Assembly: GCA_963708135.1 (NCBI GenBank)
Contig: OY970192.1
Span: 3,616,001-3,680,000 of the forward strand
Origin: an uncultured Gemmatimonadales bacterium
GTDB lineage: Bacteria; Gemmatimonadota; Gemmatimonadetes; Longimicrobiales; RSA9
DNA: 64,000 bases
Direction of reading: 5' to 3'
A model generated the notes under the pieces. It was not told the DNA's origin. It saw only the letters and a list, made by a program, of their open reading frames with translations, and made no database searches. A program made the position numbers and the translations under genes. Positions 52,126-61,810 of the stretch are shown here, piece by piece. The stretch's first letter is position 1. Every line of letters begins with the position of its first letter.

Positions 52126-53429
52126 GCACGACGACGATCCGCGTGGACCACCTCGCCCGCGTGGAGGGGCACGGCGGCATCACGGTCGAGCTCGACGGCG
52201 CGCAGGTCGGCGACGTCCGCTTCGACGTCTTCGAGGGGCCGCGGCTGCTCGAGGGGCTGCTCCGGGGACGGCGCTACGACGAGGTCGCGCCGTTCGTGTC
52301 GCGCATCTGCGCGATCTGCTCGGCGGCCCATCTGCTCACCTCGCTCAAGGCGACGGAGGCGGCCTTCGGTATCCGGCCCAGCGCGCGCACCGAGCTGCTG
52401 CGCGAGCTCCTGTTCCGGGGCGAGAGCATCGAGAGCCACGCGCTGCACGTCTTTCTGCTCGCCCTGCCCGACTATCTCGGCTATCCGAGCGCCACGTTCA
52501 TGGCGGCGGAGCATGCGGAGGCCGTGCGACTCGGGCTACGGCTGAAGGCGCTCGGGAACCAGGTGCAGGAGGCCCTCGGCGGGCGGGCGATCCATCTCGT
52601 GAATCCCGTCCCCGGCGGCTTCGCCTCGCCGCCCGCGGAGCCGGCGCTGATCGCGCTGCGGGACGCGCTGCGGAAGGGCGTCGAGGACGTGAACGCCGCG
52701 CTCGACCTGCTGACCTGGCTGCCGCCGCTCGAGGTGTGCCGCGCGGAGACGACGTACGCGGCGCTCGAGGCGCCGGACGGCACCGGCTACTACGCGGGCG
52801 ACGTCGTCGTCATCCGGGGTCCCGGCGGCGAGCGCCGGATCCCGGCGGCCGACTATCGCCGGCTGACGAGCGAGCGGACCGTGCCGCACTCCTACGCGCG
52901 CCACAGCAGCTTCGACGGGGCGCCCTTCATGGTGGGAGCGCTGGCGCGGCTGGCGCTGCGGCGGCCTGCGCTCCCGGCCCGGGCCGTGGCGGCGCTCGGG
53001 CGGATCGGCCTCGATCTGCCTTCCGACGACCCGCTCGACAACAACCGCGCCCAGGTCGTCGAGCTGGCCATGGACGTCGACTGGACGCTCGCCGCCGTCG
53101 AGCGGCTGCTCGACGAGGGCCCGCGCACGGAGCCGCCTCCGCCCGTGCGGCCGCGGGCCGGGACCGGCACCGCGATCACGGAGGCGCCGCGCGGCCTGCT
53201 CGTGCACAGCTACACCTACGACGAGAACGGCGTGGTCACCGCCGCGGACGTGATCACGCCGACCGCGATCAACGCGGCGAGCCTCGAGCGGCACCTGCGG
53301 ATCTCGGTCGAGCAGGCGGAGGACCGGGAGACGGCCCCACTCAAGCGACGGCTAGAGATGCTGGCCCGTGCCTACGACCCGTGCATCTCCTGCTCGGTGC
53401 ACGTGGTGCGGGGCGGCGATGGGGCGTGA
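52122..53429 (+). CDS. hydA: Group 3b [NiFe]-hydrogenase large (alpha) subunit
   Basis: ARVEGHG; L1 RICAICSAAH; EAPRG; L2 DPCISCSVH followed by a short cleavable tail. Confidence 0.95.
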   Translation: MSTTTIRVDHLARVEGHGGITVELDGAQVGDVRFDVFEGPRLLEGLLRGRRYDEVAPFVSRICAICSAAHLLTSLKATEAAFGIRPSARTELLRELLFRGESIESHALHVFLLALPDYLGYPSATFMAAEHAEAVRLGLRLKALGNQVQEALGGRAIHLVNPVPGGFASPPAEPALIALRDALRKGVEDVNAALDLLTWLPPLEVCRAETTYAALEAPDGTGYYAGDVVVIRGPGGERRIPAADYRRLTSERTVPHSYARHSSFDGAPFMVGALARLALRRPALPARAVAALGRIGLDLPSDDPLDNNRAQVVELAMDVDWTLAAVERLLDEGPRTEPPPPVRPRAGTGTAITEAPRGLLVHSYTYDENGVVTAADVITPTAINAASLERHLRISVEQAEDRETAPLKRRLEMLARAYDPCISCSVHVVRGGDGA

Positions 53430-54693
53430 GCGGCGCTGGCCGCCGCCGTTCCGCCGCTGGTCGCTGACCGCCCAGCTGATCACCAGCTACCTGGTGATCC
53501 TCGGCATCGGCGGGCTCGTCACGTCCGTCATCGGCTCGTGGATCACGAGCAGCGCCTTCATGGCCCAGGCGCAGCCGGGCGTTGAGGCGCTCGCCGCCGC
53601 CGCCCGCAACCGCGTCATCCTCTCCTTCTTCATCCTGGCCACGATCGGTTTCGTCGCCATCATCACGACGACCTACGTCACGACCCGCCGCATTACCCGG
53701 CCGCTCGAGGACATGGCCGAGGCCACGCGCGGCATCGCGGCCGGCCGCTTCGACCAGGAGATCCGCGCCGAGCTGCCCGGCGAGCTCGGGCTGCTCGCCG
53801 GCTCCTTCAACATCATGACCCACTCGCTCCGCCAGATGCGCGGCGACCTCGAGGAGTGGGGGCGTACCCTCGAGGAGAAGGTCGCGCAGCGCACGGAAGA
53901 GCTCATGGAGATGCAGGCACGCGTGGCGCAGTCGGAGCGCCTCGCCTCTCTGGGGATGCTCGCCGCCGGCGTGGCGCACGAGATCAACAACCCGCTGGGC
54001 GGGATCCTGGTGCTCACCTCGCTCACGCTCGAGGACACGCCAGCCGACGACGCGCGCCGGGAGAACCTGGCCGAGGTCGTGCGCCAGACCGAGCGCTGCC
54101 GCGACATCGTCAAGGGGCTGCTCGAGTTCTCCCGCCAGTCGAAGGCCGGGACCGAGCGCGTGGACGTGAACGCCGTGCTGCTCGGCACCCTCACCCTCAT
54201 GGGCAGCCAGGCCCTGCTTCACAACATCGAGATCGTCCGCGATGCCGAGCCCGACCTGCCCGCCGTGCTGGCCGATGCCAGCCAGCTGCAGCAGGTCTTC
54301 ATGAACCTCATCGTCAACGCCGCGCAGGCCATGGACGAGCGCGGCACGCTCTCGATCCGGACCCGGTACCACACCGCCGACGGCCACGTCGAGATCCGCG
54401 TCAGCGATACCGGCAAGGGGATCCCGCCGGAGCAGATCGGCCACATCTTCGACCCCTTCTTCACCACCAAGACGAGCGGCGCCGGCACCGGCCTCGGACT
54501 CTCCATCGTCTTCGGCATCGTGACGAAGTACGGCGGAACCATAGCCGTCGAGAGCGAGCCCGGCCGGGGCACCACGTTCACCATCCGCTTCCCCGCCGCC
54601 CGGGGCCCCGAGCGCCCCGTAGCACCCGACGCGGCCCAGCCCGGCCAGCCCGCCGGGACCGCGCCGGCCGCACCCGCCTCCTCCCGATCATGA
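53419..54693 (+). CDS. Membrane HAMP histidine kinase (NtrB-like) with a very short extracytoplasmic loop
   Basis: Two TMs, HAMP, AHEINNPL, NLIVNAAQA, DTGKGI, FDPFFTTK and GTGLGL; overlaps the hydA end. Confidence 0.92.
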   Translation: MGRERRWPPPFRRWSLTAQLITSYLVILGIGGLVTSVIGSWITSSAFMAQAQPGVEALAAAARNRVILSFFILATIGFVAIITTTYVTTRRITRPLEDMAEATRGIAAGRFDQEIRAELPGELGLLAGSFNIMTHSLRQMRGDLEEWGRTLEEKVAQRTEELMEMQARVAQSERLASLGMLAAGVAHEINNPLGGILVLTSLTLEDTPADDARRENLAEVVRQTERCRDIVKGLLEFSRQSKAGTERVDVNAVLLGTLTLMGSQALLHNIEIVRDAEPDLPAVLADASQLQQVFMNLIVNAAQAMDERGTLSIRTRYHTADGHVEIRVSDTGKGIPPEQIGHIFDPFFTTKTSGAGTGLGLSIVFGIVTKYGGTIAVESEPGRGTTFTIRFPAARGPERPVAPDAAQPGQPAGTAPAAPASSRS

Positions 54694-55208
54694 GCGGCCG
54701 GGCCGCAGCCCCGCCAGCGGCGGCCAGCACGGGCGCCGCCGCGGAAGCCACCGCCGTCGCGGGGCGGCTCGTGCTCGGTCTCGGCAACCCGCTGGCCGGC
54801 GACGATGGCATCGGCGCCGTGCTCGCCGAGCGGCTCGCCGGCGATCCACGGCTGCCGCCCGATGTCGAGGCGCGCGCCGGCGGTGCCGACCTGCTGCGGC
54901 TCGCGCCCGCGCTCGCCGGACGCCGGCACGTGGTACTCGTGGATGCTACCTTCATTCGTCTCGGGGAGGCGCCGCTCCTCGTCCGCGACCACGCCGCCGG
55001 CTGGCCGGGTGACGCGCAGCGCCACGTCCACGAGCTCTCGCCCCTGGCGGCGCTCGACCTGCTGCGCGTCGTCGTGCCGGCGCTCGCCGCCACCCGCTTC
55101 ACCTGGGCGCTCGTCCCCATCGACGCGTGCCGCCTCGGCCCGGGGCTCTCCCCCGACCTGGCGGACCGGGTGCCGGCCCTCCTCGACGAACTGCTGGCAA
55201 TGCTCTGA
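54690..55208 (+). CDS. Hydrogenase maturation endopeptidase
   Basis: VLGLGNPLAGDDGIG, VLVDA and HVHE motifs; ATGA overlap. Confidence 0.85.
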   Translation: MSGRAAAPPAAASTGAAAEATAVAGRLVLGLGNPLAGDDGIGAVLAERLAGDPRLPPDVEARAGGADLLRLAPALAGRRHVVLVDATFIRLGEAPLLVRDHAAGWPGDAQRHVHELSPLAALDLLRVVVPALAATRFTWALVPIDACRLGPGLSPDLADRVPALLDELLAML

Positions 55209-55416
55209 ACGACCGCGGTAGACCCGGACCCTGAGTCCCACGCCCGCCACGGCTTCGACGTCCACGCGCTCGACGCCCGACGACGAGATCGCCCGCGTCC
55301 TGGCCCCCGGCGGGCGTCGGTGCCGACTGTCGGTGCGCCAGTTGCCCGCCCGACTGTCGTCGCCCTATCTTTTCGTTTCTGCTACCGTATCCGTTCCACC
55401 TTCCAGGCGAGGGGTC

Positions 55417-57009
55417 ATGAGGACCTGCCGCACAGCCATCCTGTTCGTGGCGGCCGCCGCCGCCATGCCCGCCGCGCTGCACGCGCAGCAGAGCAGTGCC
55501 CGCCGTGACCGGCCCGAGCGGGCCGAGGCCGCGGCTGCCGCGCCCGCCAAACCCGCCGCGCCGGTGAAGCCGGAGCACGTCACCACGCAGCACACGGCCA
55601 CGATCGGCGGCCAGCGGATCGACTATGACGCAACCGTCGGGGATGTCATCCTGACCGATGGCGACGGCAATCCGACCGCCGCGGTCTACTACACGGCGTA
55701 CACGCGGAAGGGCGTTCGGGATGCGGCCCAGCGGCCGATCACCTTCGCCTACAACGGCGGGCCGGGCTCCTCATCGATCTGGGTGCAGATGGGGGCGTTC
55801 GGGCCGAAGCGGGTGGACATCCCGGACACCGAGCACGCGCCGCCGCCGCCGTACCACCTGGTCGACAACCAGTACAGCCCGCTCGACGTGACGGACCTCG
55901 TCTTCATCGATCCCGTCGGCACCGGCTTCAGCCATCCTCTGGGCAAGGCGACGGGGAAGGACTTCTGGGGGGTCGACCAGGACGTGCAGTCGCTGGCGCA
56001 GTTCATCAGCAAGTACCTGAGCCAGAGCGGGCGCTGGAACTCCCCCCGCTACCTCCTCGGCGAGAGCTACGGGACGACACGCTCCGCGGCGCTGGTGAAC
56101 TACCTCCAGGGGCGCGACAACATGGACTTCAACGGCGTGATCCTGCTCTCCGAGGTGCTGGACTTCGGGACGATCAACTTCAAGCCCGGCAACGAGCTGC
56201 CCTACATCCTCTACCTGCCGTCGTACGCGGCCGTCGCGTGGTACCACGACGCGCTCCCCGACAAGCCCGCGCAGCTCCGGCCGTTCCTGGACCAGGTCGA
56301 GCACTTCGCCACCACCGACTACGCCCAGGCGCTCCTCGCCGGCTCCACCCTCGATGCCCAGACGCGCGCCCGCATCCTCGACCAGCTCCACCGCTTCACC
56401 GGCCTCGACAAGGCCTACCTCGAGAAGGCCGACCTGCGCGTCAACGCCAGCGAGTTCGAGAAGGAGCTCATGCGCGAGAAGGGCGTCGTCATCGGCCGCC
56501 TCGACGCCCGCTTCACCGGCCCCACCATGGACCGGCTCGCCGAGCGCGCGCCCTACGACCCGCAGTCCGCCGACATCAGCTCCGCCTACACTTCGCTGTG
56601 GAACGACTACCTCCACAACGAGCTCGACTTCGGCCAGGAGATGACCTACCACGTCAGCGGGCGCGTGCAGCCGTGGGACTGGAGCCACGGCCAGAGCCGC
56701 GGGTGGCCCGGCTTCACCAACGTCGCCGTGGACCTCTCCGAGGCGCTCCAGTACAACACCAACCTCCACGTGCTGCTCAACAGCGGACTCTTCGATCTCG
56801 CCACGCCCTACTACGCGTCCGAGTACACCATGGACCACCTCGGCCTGCCCGCCGACCTGCAGAGCCACGTCCAGATCCGCGAGTACCAGGCCGGCCACAT
56901 GATGTACGTCAACCCGGCTTCGCTCGAGAAGCTGAAGCAGAACATCGCCGCCTTCATCCAGACCACCTCCGGCGGCGGCGCATCAGGGCCGGTGGCCGCC
57001 GGCCGCTGA
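55417..57009 (+). CDS. S10-family serine carboxypeptidase, secreted
   Basis: Signal peptide; NGGPGSSS, IDPVGTGFS, GESYGTTR and YQAGHMMY motifs. Confidence 0.93.
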   Translation: MRTCRTAILFVAAAAAMPAALHAQQSSARRDRPERAEAAAAAPAKPAAPVKPEHVTTQHTATIGGQRIDYDATVGDVILTDGDGNPTAAVYYTAYTRKGVRDAAQRPITFAYNGGPGSSSIWVQMGAFGPKRVDIPDTEHAPPPPYHLVDNQYSPLDVTDLVFIDPVGTGFSHPLGKATGKDFWGVDQDVQSLAQFISKYLSQSGRWNSPRYLLGESYGTTRSAALVNYLQGRDNMDFNGVILLSEVLDFGTINFKPGNELPYILYLPSYAAVAWYHDALPDKPAQLRPFLDQVEHFATTDYAQALLAGSTLDAQTRARILDQLHRFTGLDKAYLEKADLRVNASEFEKELMREKGVVIGRLDARFTGPTMDRLAERAPYDPQSADISSAYTSLWNDYLHNELDFGQEMTYHVSGRVQPWDWSHGQSRGWPGFTNVAVDLSEALQYNTNLHVLLNSGLFDLATPYYASEYTMDHLGLPADLQSHVQIREYQAGHMMYVNPASLEKLKQNIAAFIQTTSGGGASGPVAAGR

Positions 57010-57024
57010 GCCCCACGCCGGCGC

Positions 57025-57084
57025 GGGCCGACGAGTCGGGAGGGCCGACGAGTCGGGAGGGCCGAACACCGCCCGCCCGACTCG
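57025..57084. repeat. 17-bp tandem repeat plus an inverted partial copy
   Basis: GGGCCGACGAGTCGGGA x2.4 (57025-57065); CCCGACTCG at 57076-57084 is complementary to the core. Confidence 0.7.
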
Positions 57085-57390
57085 CCGCCCCCGCCCCCGC
57101 CCCCGGCCCCGAGCCCCGAACCCCAGGTCCCCGCTGCCGCGCACATGCGCCCCATGGGTCAGATTGCCCCCTGCCCGCCCGGAGCCGATGCGACAGAATG
57201 CACCGCATGGCTGCGAAGCTGCCCGAGTCTGACGCAAGAGGATGCATTATGGATCGTAACGACCGGGTACGTGTTCTGCCCGTCTCCAGTACCGATCGGA
57301 GGCGACGGGCGAGGCCGCATGGGCCTCGCGCCGGGGCGGCTGGCGTGCGCCCCGCGCGGCCGCCGGATCCAACCGAAGAAGGAGGGATCG

Positions 57391-57885
57391 ATGCAGCGGA
57401 ACGTGCTGCGACTCGCGGTCGTGGCGGCGGCGGTGCTGTTCGGGTGCCGTTCGCAACCGCCGGCGGAGCAGGCGGCGGGGCAGGTTGCGCCGCCGTCGCC
57501 GGCGGACACGGTGGCGGAGGCGATCCGGGAGTACGACCCGGCGCTCTTCGATACGGTGAGGTGGTCGAGCGACAGCCTCGCTCTGGCGCGGGGCGCGGAC
57601 GTGTTCAAGTGGGCGTGCTCCACCTGCCACGGTGCCCAGGGCCGAGGCAACGGCGGGTACGTCCTGAACGGCGACACGCTGCACCCGCCGTCGTTCCTCG
57701 AGCCGGACTGGCGGTTCGCGCGGGACTCGATGGGGCTGCGGCGGCGGATCTTCATCGGGAACGGCCGGGGGATGCCGCACTGGGGGCTGCGGCACATGGA
57801 GCCGCGCGACATCGTGGCGGTCCAGCGCTACATCCTCTACGGCCTCCGCTCGCCGGCGCGGCTGCAGGCGTCCCGGGGCCGGTAG
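57391..57885 (+). CDS. Monoheme cytochrome c lipoprotein
   Basis: AAGGAGG RBS; lipobox LFGC; CSTCH heme motif; GMPHW axial Met. Confidence 0.85.
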   Translation: MQRNVLRLAVVAAAVLFGCRSQPPAEQAAGQVAPPSPADTVAEAIREYDPALFDTVRWSSDSLALARGADVFKWACSTCHGAQGRGNGGYVLNGDTLHPPSFLEPDWRFARDSMGLRRRIFIGNGRGMPHWGLRHMEPRDIVAVQRYILYGLRSPARLQASRGR

Positions 57886-58074
57886 CGAGACCTGGAGGGG
57901 GGAGCGGGCGCCGTTCGCGGCGGCTGACGGTGCCGGGCCCGAGGCCCTGAGGCCGCGGCGCGGATCGCGAGGCCCGGCGGCCGGCCGGGCGCGCGGCGGC
58001 CGCCCGTGGTCCCCCACTCCCCCGCTCGTCCACTCCACCACTCGCCGTCAGGCGGCGGCGCACCGCCGAGGCCG

Positions 58075-59280
58075 CTACGCCCCCTCTCCGGTCATCATGA
58101 ACAGCGGCTTCCCCTTGAACGTCTCGTAGATCGGGCGGAGCCGTTCGGTATTGTAGTAGCGCTCGACGTCCACGAACTTCTTGGGCCCCTTGAGCGCATC
58201 GAGCGGAACGGTGTCGTAGCGGCCGTCGTGGACGCTGACCATGCGACCGAACTGGCGGGAGAGGACGAGGTCGAGGGCGAGGTTGCCGAAGGCCATGGGG
58301 ACAATGGAGTCCATGGCGTCGGGGTCGCCGGAGCGGACGAGGTAGCCGAGGCGCTGGTTGACCACGTCGATGCGCCGTCCGTTGTGGAACTTCGGGGACA
58401 GCTCCTTCAGCGCGTCGGCGAGCTTGTCGCCGATGCCGCCGAGCTTGCGGTGGCCGAACATGTCGGCCTCCTCGCCCTCGAAGCTCATCTCCTCGTGGCT
58501 GGCCATGGTGGCGCCCTCGGAGATGAGCACGACGGAGTAGCGGCTGGGGTTGCGGTTGCGGTCGTAGACGAGCAGCTCGGTGAGGCGCTCGGGGTCGAAG
58601 GGGTGCTCGGGGATGGCGCAGCGGTCGGCCGCGCCGGCCATGGTGGGGAGCAGCGCGGTGAAGCCGGCGTAGCGGCCGAAGACCTCGATGACGAGGAAGC
58701 GCTCGTGCGAGCCGGCGGAGGTGCGCAGCCGGTGCGTCAGCTCGATGGTGCGGGTGACGCAGGTGCTGAAGCCGATGCAGTAGTCGGTGCCCGGCACGTC
58801 GTTGTCCATGGTCTTCGGGATGGCGACGGTCGGCACGCCGAGGTGGTGGAGCTGCAGGGCGTAGGAGAGCGTGTCGTCGCCGCCGATCGGGATGAGCGCA
58901 TCGACGCCGAGGAAGTCGAGGTTCCTCATGACGTCCGGCGTGATGTCGTTGATCTCGTCCGTATAGCGCTCGGCGAGGTGGTCGGGCACGCGCCCGCGCG
59001 GCAGGTGGCTGGGCCTCGTTCGCGAGGTGTGCAGGAAGGTGCCGCCGGTGCGTCCGGCGCGGTTCACGATCGCCTCCGAGAGCTCCTGCACGTTCTCGTT
59101 GTTGTCGGCTCCGTGCTCGGGGAGCATGTCCACGAGCCCGGCCCAGCCGCGGCGGATCCCGAGCACGCGGTACCCCTCGCGCAGGGCTCGCACGGTGATG
59201 GCGCGGATCGCCGGGTTCAGCCCCGGCACGTCGCCCCCGCCCGTCAGGATGGCGATGGTTCCCTTCTTCTCGCTCGGCAT
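58075..59280 (-). CDS. pfkA: PfkA-family 6-phosphofructokinase, PPi-type signature
   Basis: TGGGDVPGLN, GGTFLHTSR, GGDDT, PKTMDND and EVFGRYAG motifs. Confidence 0.92.
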   Translation of the reverse strand: MPSEKKGTIAILTGGGDVPGLNPAIRAITVRALREGYRVLGIRRGWAGLVDMLPEHGADNNENVQELSEAIVNRAGRTGGTFLHTSRTRPSHLPRGRVPDHLAERYTDEINDITPDVMRNLDFLGVDALIPIGGDDTLSYALQLHHLGVPTVAIPKTMDNDVPGTDYCIGFSTCVTRTIELTHRLRTSAGSHERFLVIEVFGRYAGFTALLPTMAGAADRCAIPEHPFDPERLTELLVYDRNRNPSRYSVVLISEGATMASHEEMSFEGEEADMFGHRKLGGIGDKLADALKELSPKFHNGRRIDVVNQRLGYLVRSGDPDAMDSIVPMAFGNLALDLVLSRQFGRMVSVHDGRYDTVPLDALKGPKKFVDVERYYNTERLRPIYETFKGKPLFMMTGEGA

Positions 59281-59464
59281 CTCGCTCCGACCCCCTGGCT
59301 GCTCGAAAACGGGCCCGCCCGCGCGACCGGTTCACGGGGCGAGCCGGTGTAACCGTTTCCAGGATGGCGACGCCGCGCACCGCGGGCAACCGGCGCACGG
59401 CCCGCCGCGTGGCCAGCGCGGGTGCCTCGCGCCCGTTTGTACCGCGCCACGGTTCCGCGGACGG

Positions 59465-61147
59465 CTACTGTGCGGCCCGGGCCGGGGCGGTGGCCTGGAT
59501 GTGCCGGGCCATCTCGCGGATCAGCGAGCCCGTGGTCTGGCCCTGCCAGCCGTGGCCCTTCTCGGGGCGGCCGAAGTGGAAGGCGCCGGCGTAGTACGGG
59601 GCCGTCGTGGCCTCGAGGAAGTCCTGCATGAGGTAGACGGCGAGATCGAGGTAGAAGTTGTCCATGTCGCCGACGTAGATGTGGATCTTGCCGACGAGGT
59701 GAGGGCCCAGTGTGGCCCAGTTGCGCTGGAGGTAGTCGCGCAGGTCGTAGCCGTGGGCGCGCATGTACTCGGCCACGGCATGGTCGATCGTGCCGGTGCG
59801 CTTGTCCCACAGGGGGGCGGGGTAACCGTCGGGGCCGACGGGGCCGTAGACGGCCTCCCAGGCCTCGAACTGCTGGGCGGAGCGGCCGTGGCTGCCGAGC
59901 ACGGCCTCGAGCTGGCTCATCTGGCGGGTGGTGACCAGCGGCTGGCCGTCGTCGGCGCGCATCATGTAGGTCTCGGGATGGCTCCAGGTGTCGCCGGCCG
60001 GGGCGTAGAAGGCGTTGCTGTCGCGGTAGATGTCGGGGAGCTGATAGCGGCGGAAGTCGATCGGGTCGGGGTAGAGCGTCCAGGTGCCGCCGAAGAACTC
60101 GGGGTGGTAGACCTGGAGGGCGAGGGACTCCCAGCCACCGGTGGAGCCGCCGGTGAGCACGCGTGCCCAGGGCTTGCGGATGATCCGGAAGTGCTCCTCG
60201 ACGTACGGGATCAGCTCCTTGACGATCGCGTCGCCGTAGGGCCCGTCGTTGGCGGAGTTCACGGCGTAGGAGTCGTCGAAGTACGGCGTCGGGTGCTGGA
60301 AGGTGACGGCGATCATGCGGGGGAAGTCGGCGGCGCTCCATTCGCGGTAGAACTCGTGGCCCGTCTCGCGCCCGAGCGCGCGCAGCGCCCGGCGCCGCTC
60401 GGGCGAGACGGCCGTGGACTCGGGGTCGAAGCCGAACGGCGCGCCGAGGCCGAAGTGCCCCTGCTCGTAGATGACGGGGTAGGCGCTGTCCGGCTGCTCG
60501 TCGTAGGCCCTGGGCAGCAGGATGGTCGCGCCGAGGTACATGTCGTGCCCCCAGAACTTCGACAGGAGCTCGCTGCGGATCTTCACCCGCTTCACCCACT
60601 TCGTGTCGGGCGGCTCCCGGACGGGCGGGAGCGCGTGGTCGAGCCGGAGGTGCACGGTCCCGGCACGGGGGTCGAGGTGCACCTTCTCGACCCTGCTGAC
60701 CAGGTTGCCGGGCGAGCGGTTGAACTGCTGCCCCTCCCACTGGTCCATGTGCGCCCAGATCGTATGGCCGTCGGCGCGATGGAACTGCGTGTAGACGTTC
60801 AGAATCGCCTGCACGTAGTAGTCTCCGGCGGGGATCTCGCCGAGCGACGACGTCGGGTAGCCGAGCGTGCCCTGGTCGATCACCGCCTCCTGCCCCGGCG
60901 CGAGGCCGCTCACGTCCACGCCGAAGAGCGGCGGCGAGCCGAACCAGTTGCCGACGCGCAGGCGCGGCTCCGGTGTCGGCGCCTTCGCAATGGCGACGAA
61001 CACGCGCCCCGTCACCGGCCCGGCCGCGAGCGACGCCGGGTACGAGACGAGAATGCGCGGACCGGCCGCCGGAGGCACGGAGGCGGCCAGCAGGAGCGCG
61101 AGCGCGAGAACCGGGACGACGCGGCCAGCGCGGCGGAGCGGGGCCAT
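59465..61147 (-). CDS. Secreted esterase-family alpha/beta hydrolase
   Basis: Signal peptide; DDSYAVNSANDGPYG; GGSTGGWE nucleophile elbow; GDMDNF motif. Confidence 0.85.
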   Translation of the reverse strand: MAPLRRAGRVVPVLALALLLAASVPPAAGPRILVSYPASLAAGPVTGRVFVAIAKAPTPEPRLRVGNWFGSPPLFGVDVSGLAPGQEAVIDQGTLGYPTSSLGEIPAGDYYVQAILNVYTQFHRADGHTIWAHMDQWEGQQFNRSPGNLVSRVEKVHLDPRAGTVHLRLDHALPPVREPPDTKWVKRVKIRSELLSKFWGHDMYLGATILLPRAYDEQPDSAYPVIYEQGHFGLGAPFGFDPESTAVSPERRRALRALGRETGHEFYREWSAADFPRMIAVTFQHPTPYFDDSYAVNSANDGPYGDAIVKELIPYVEEHFRIIRKPWARVLTGGSTGGWESLALQVYHPEFFGGTWTLYPDPIDFRRYQLPDIYRDSNAFYAPAGDTWSHPETYMMRADDGQPLVTTRQMSQLEAVLGSHGRSAQQFEAWEAVYGPVGPDGYPAPLWDKRTGTIDHAVAEYMRAHGYDLRDYLQRNWATLGPHLVGKIHIYVGDMDNFYLDLAVYLMQDFLEATTAPYYAGAFHFGRPEKGHGWQGQTTGSLIREMARHIQATAPARAAQ

Positions 61148-61246
61148 GGCGGACCTCCTTCTGTGGAATCTCCTCCGGAAGCGGCGCCGGCGGATCGGTC
61201 CTTGCGACCGTTGCAGGCGTGCGGATAGCGCCGACAGGAGGAGAAG

Positions 61247-61792
61247 ATGGCCGACATCAACATCCGCCGAAAGGGGCCGGGACCCCTCTGGTGGATGCTC
61301 GGATTGCTGGCAATCGCGGGCGTGGTGTGGTGGGTCGTCGCGGTCGCGCACCGGCGGCGGCAGGTCATCGTGACGGGCCCGAGCGCCACCCCCGCCGGGG
61401 AAGCGGGCGGCGCCGGGGCGGGCGCGGCGCCGGAGAGCACGCCGCTCGGCAGCCTCGCATCCGTCGTGCTGGTACCGGACCGGCTGGCCCTTCTCGGTCG
61501 CGAGGTGGACCTGCACCAGGTGCCGGTGCAGCAGGTGGTCGGGGAGGGGGAGTTCTGGGTCGGCCCCGGCCGCGATGAGCGACTCTTCGTGGTGCGGACC
61601 GGGCTGGCCCCGGCCGGGAGACCGGCCGGCCCGCGCCCCGGAGAGCTGGTGGACGTGCACGGCGTCGTGGAGCGCGTGCCGGAGCCACTCGACGCTCCCG
61701 GGGCGCCGTGGAGCGTGCCGCCGGGCGACACGGCCACGCTGCGGAGCGAGCGGATCTACGTGGCGGCGGACTCGATCGGCCGGCGGCCGTGA
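61247..61792 (+). CDS. Hypothetical membrane-anchored protein
   Basis: AGGAGG RBS; N-terminal TM; soluble beta-rich domain. Confidence 0.7.
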   Translation: MADINIRRKGPGPLWWMLGLLAIAGVVWWVVAVAHRRRQVIVTGPSATPAGEAGGAGAGAAPESTPLGSLASVVLVPDRLALLGREVDLHQVPVQQVVGEGEFWVGPGRDERLFVVRTGLAPAGRPAGPRPGELVDVHGVVERVPEPLDAPGAPWSVPPGDTATLRSERIYVAADSIGRRP

Positions 61793-61810
61793 GGCCGGCG
61801 CGAGCGGCGG

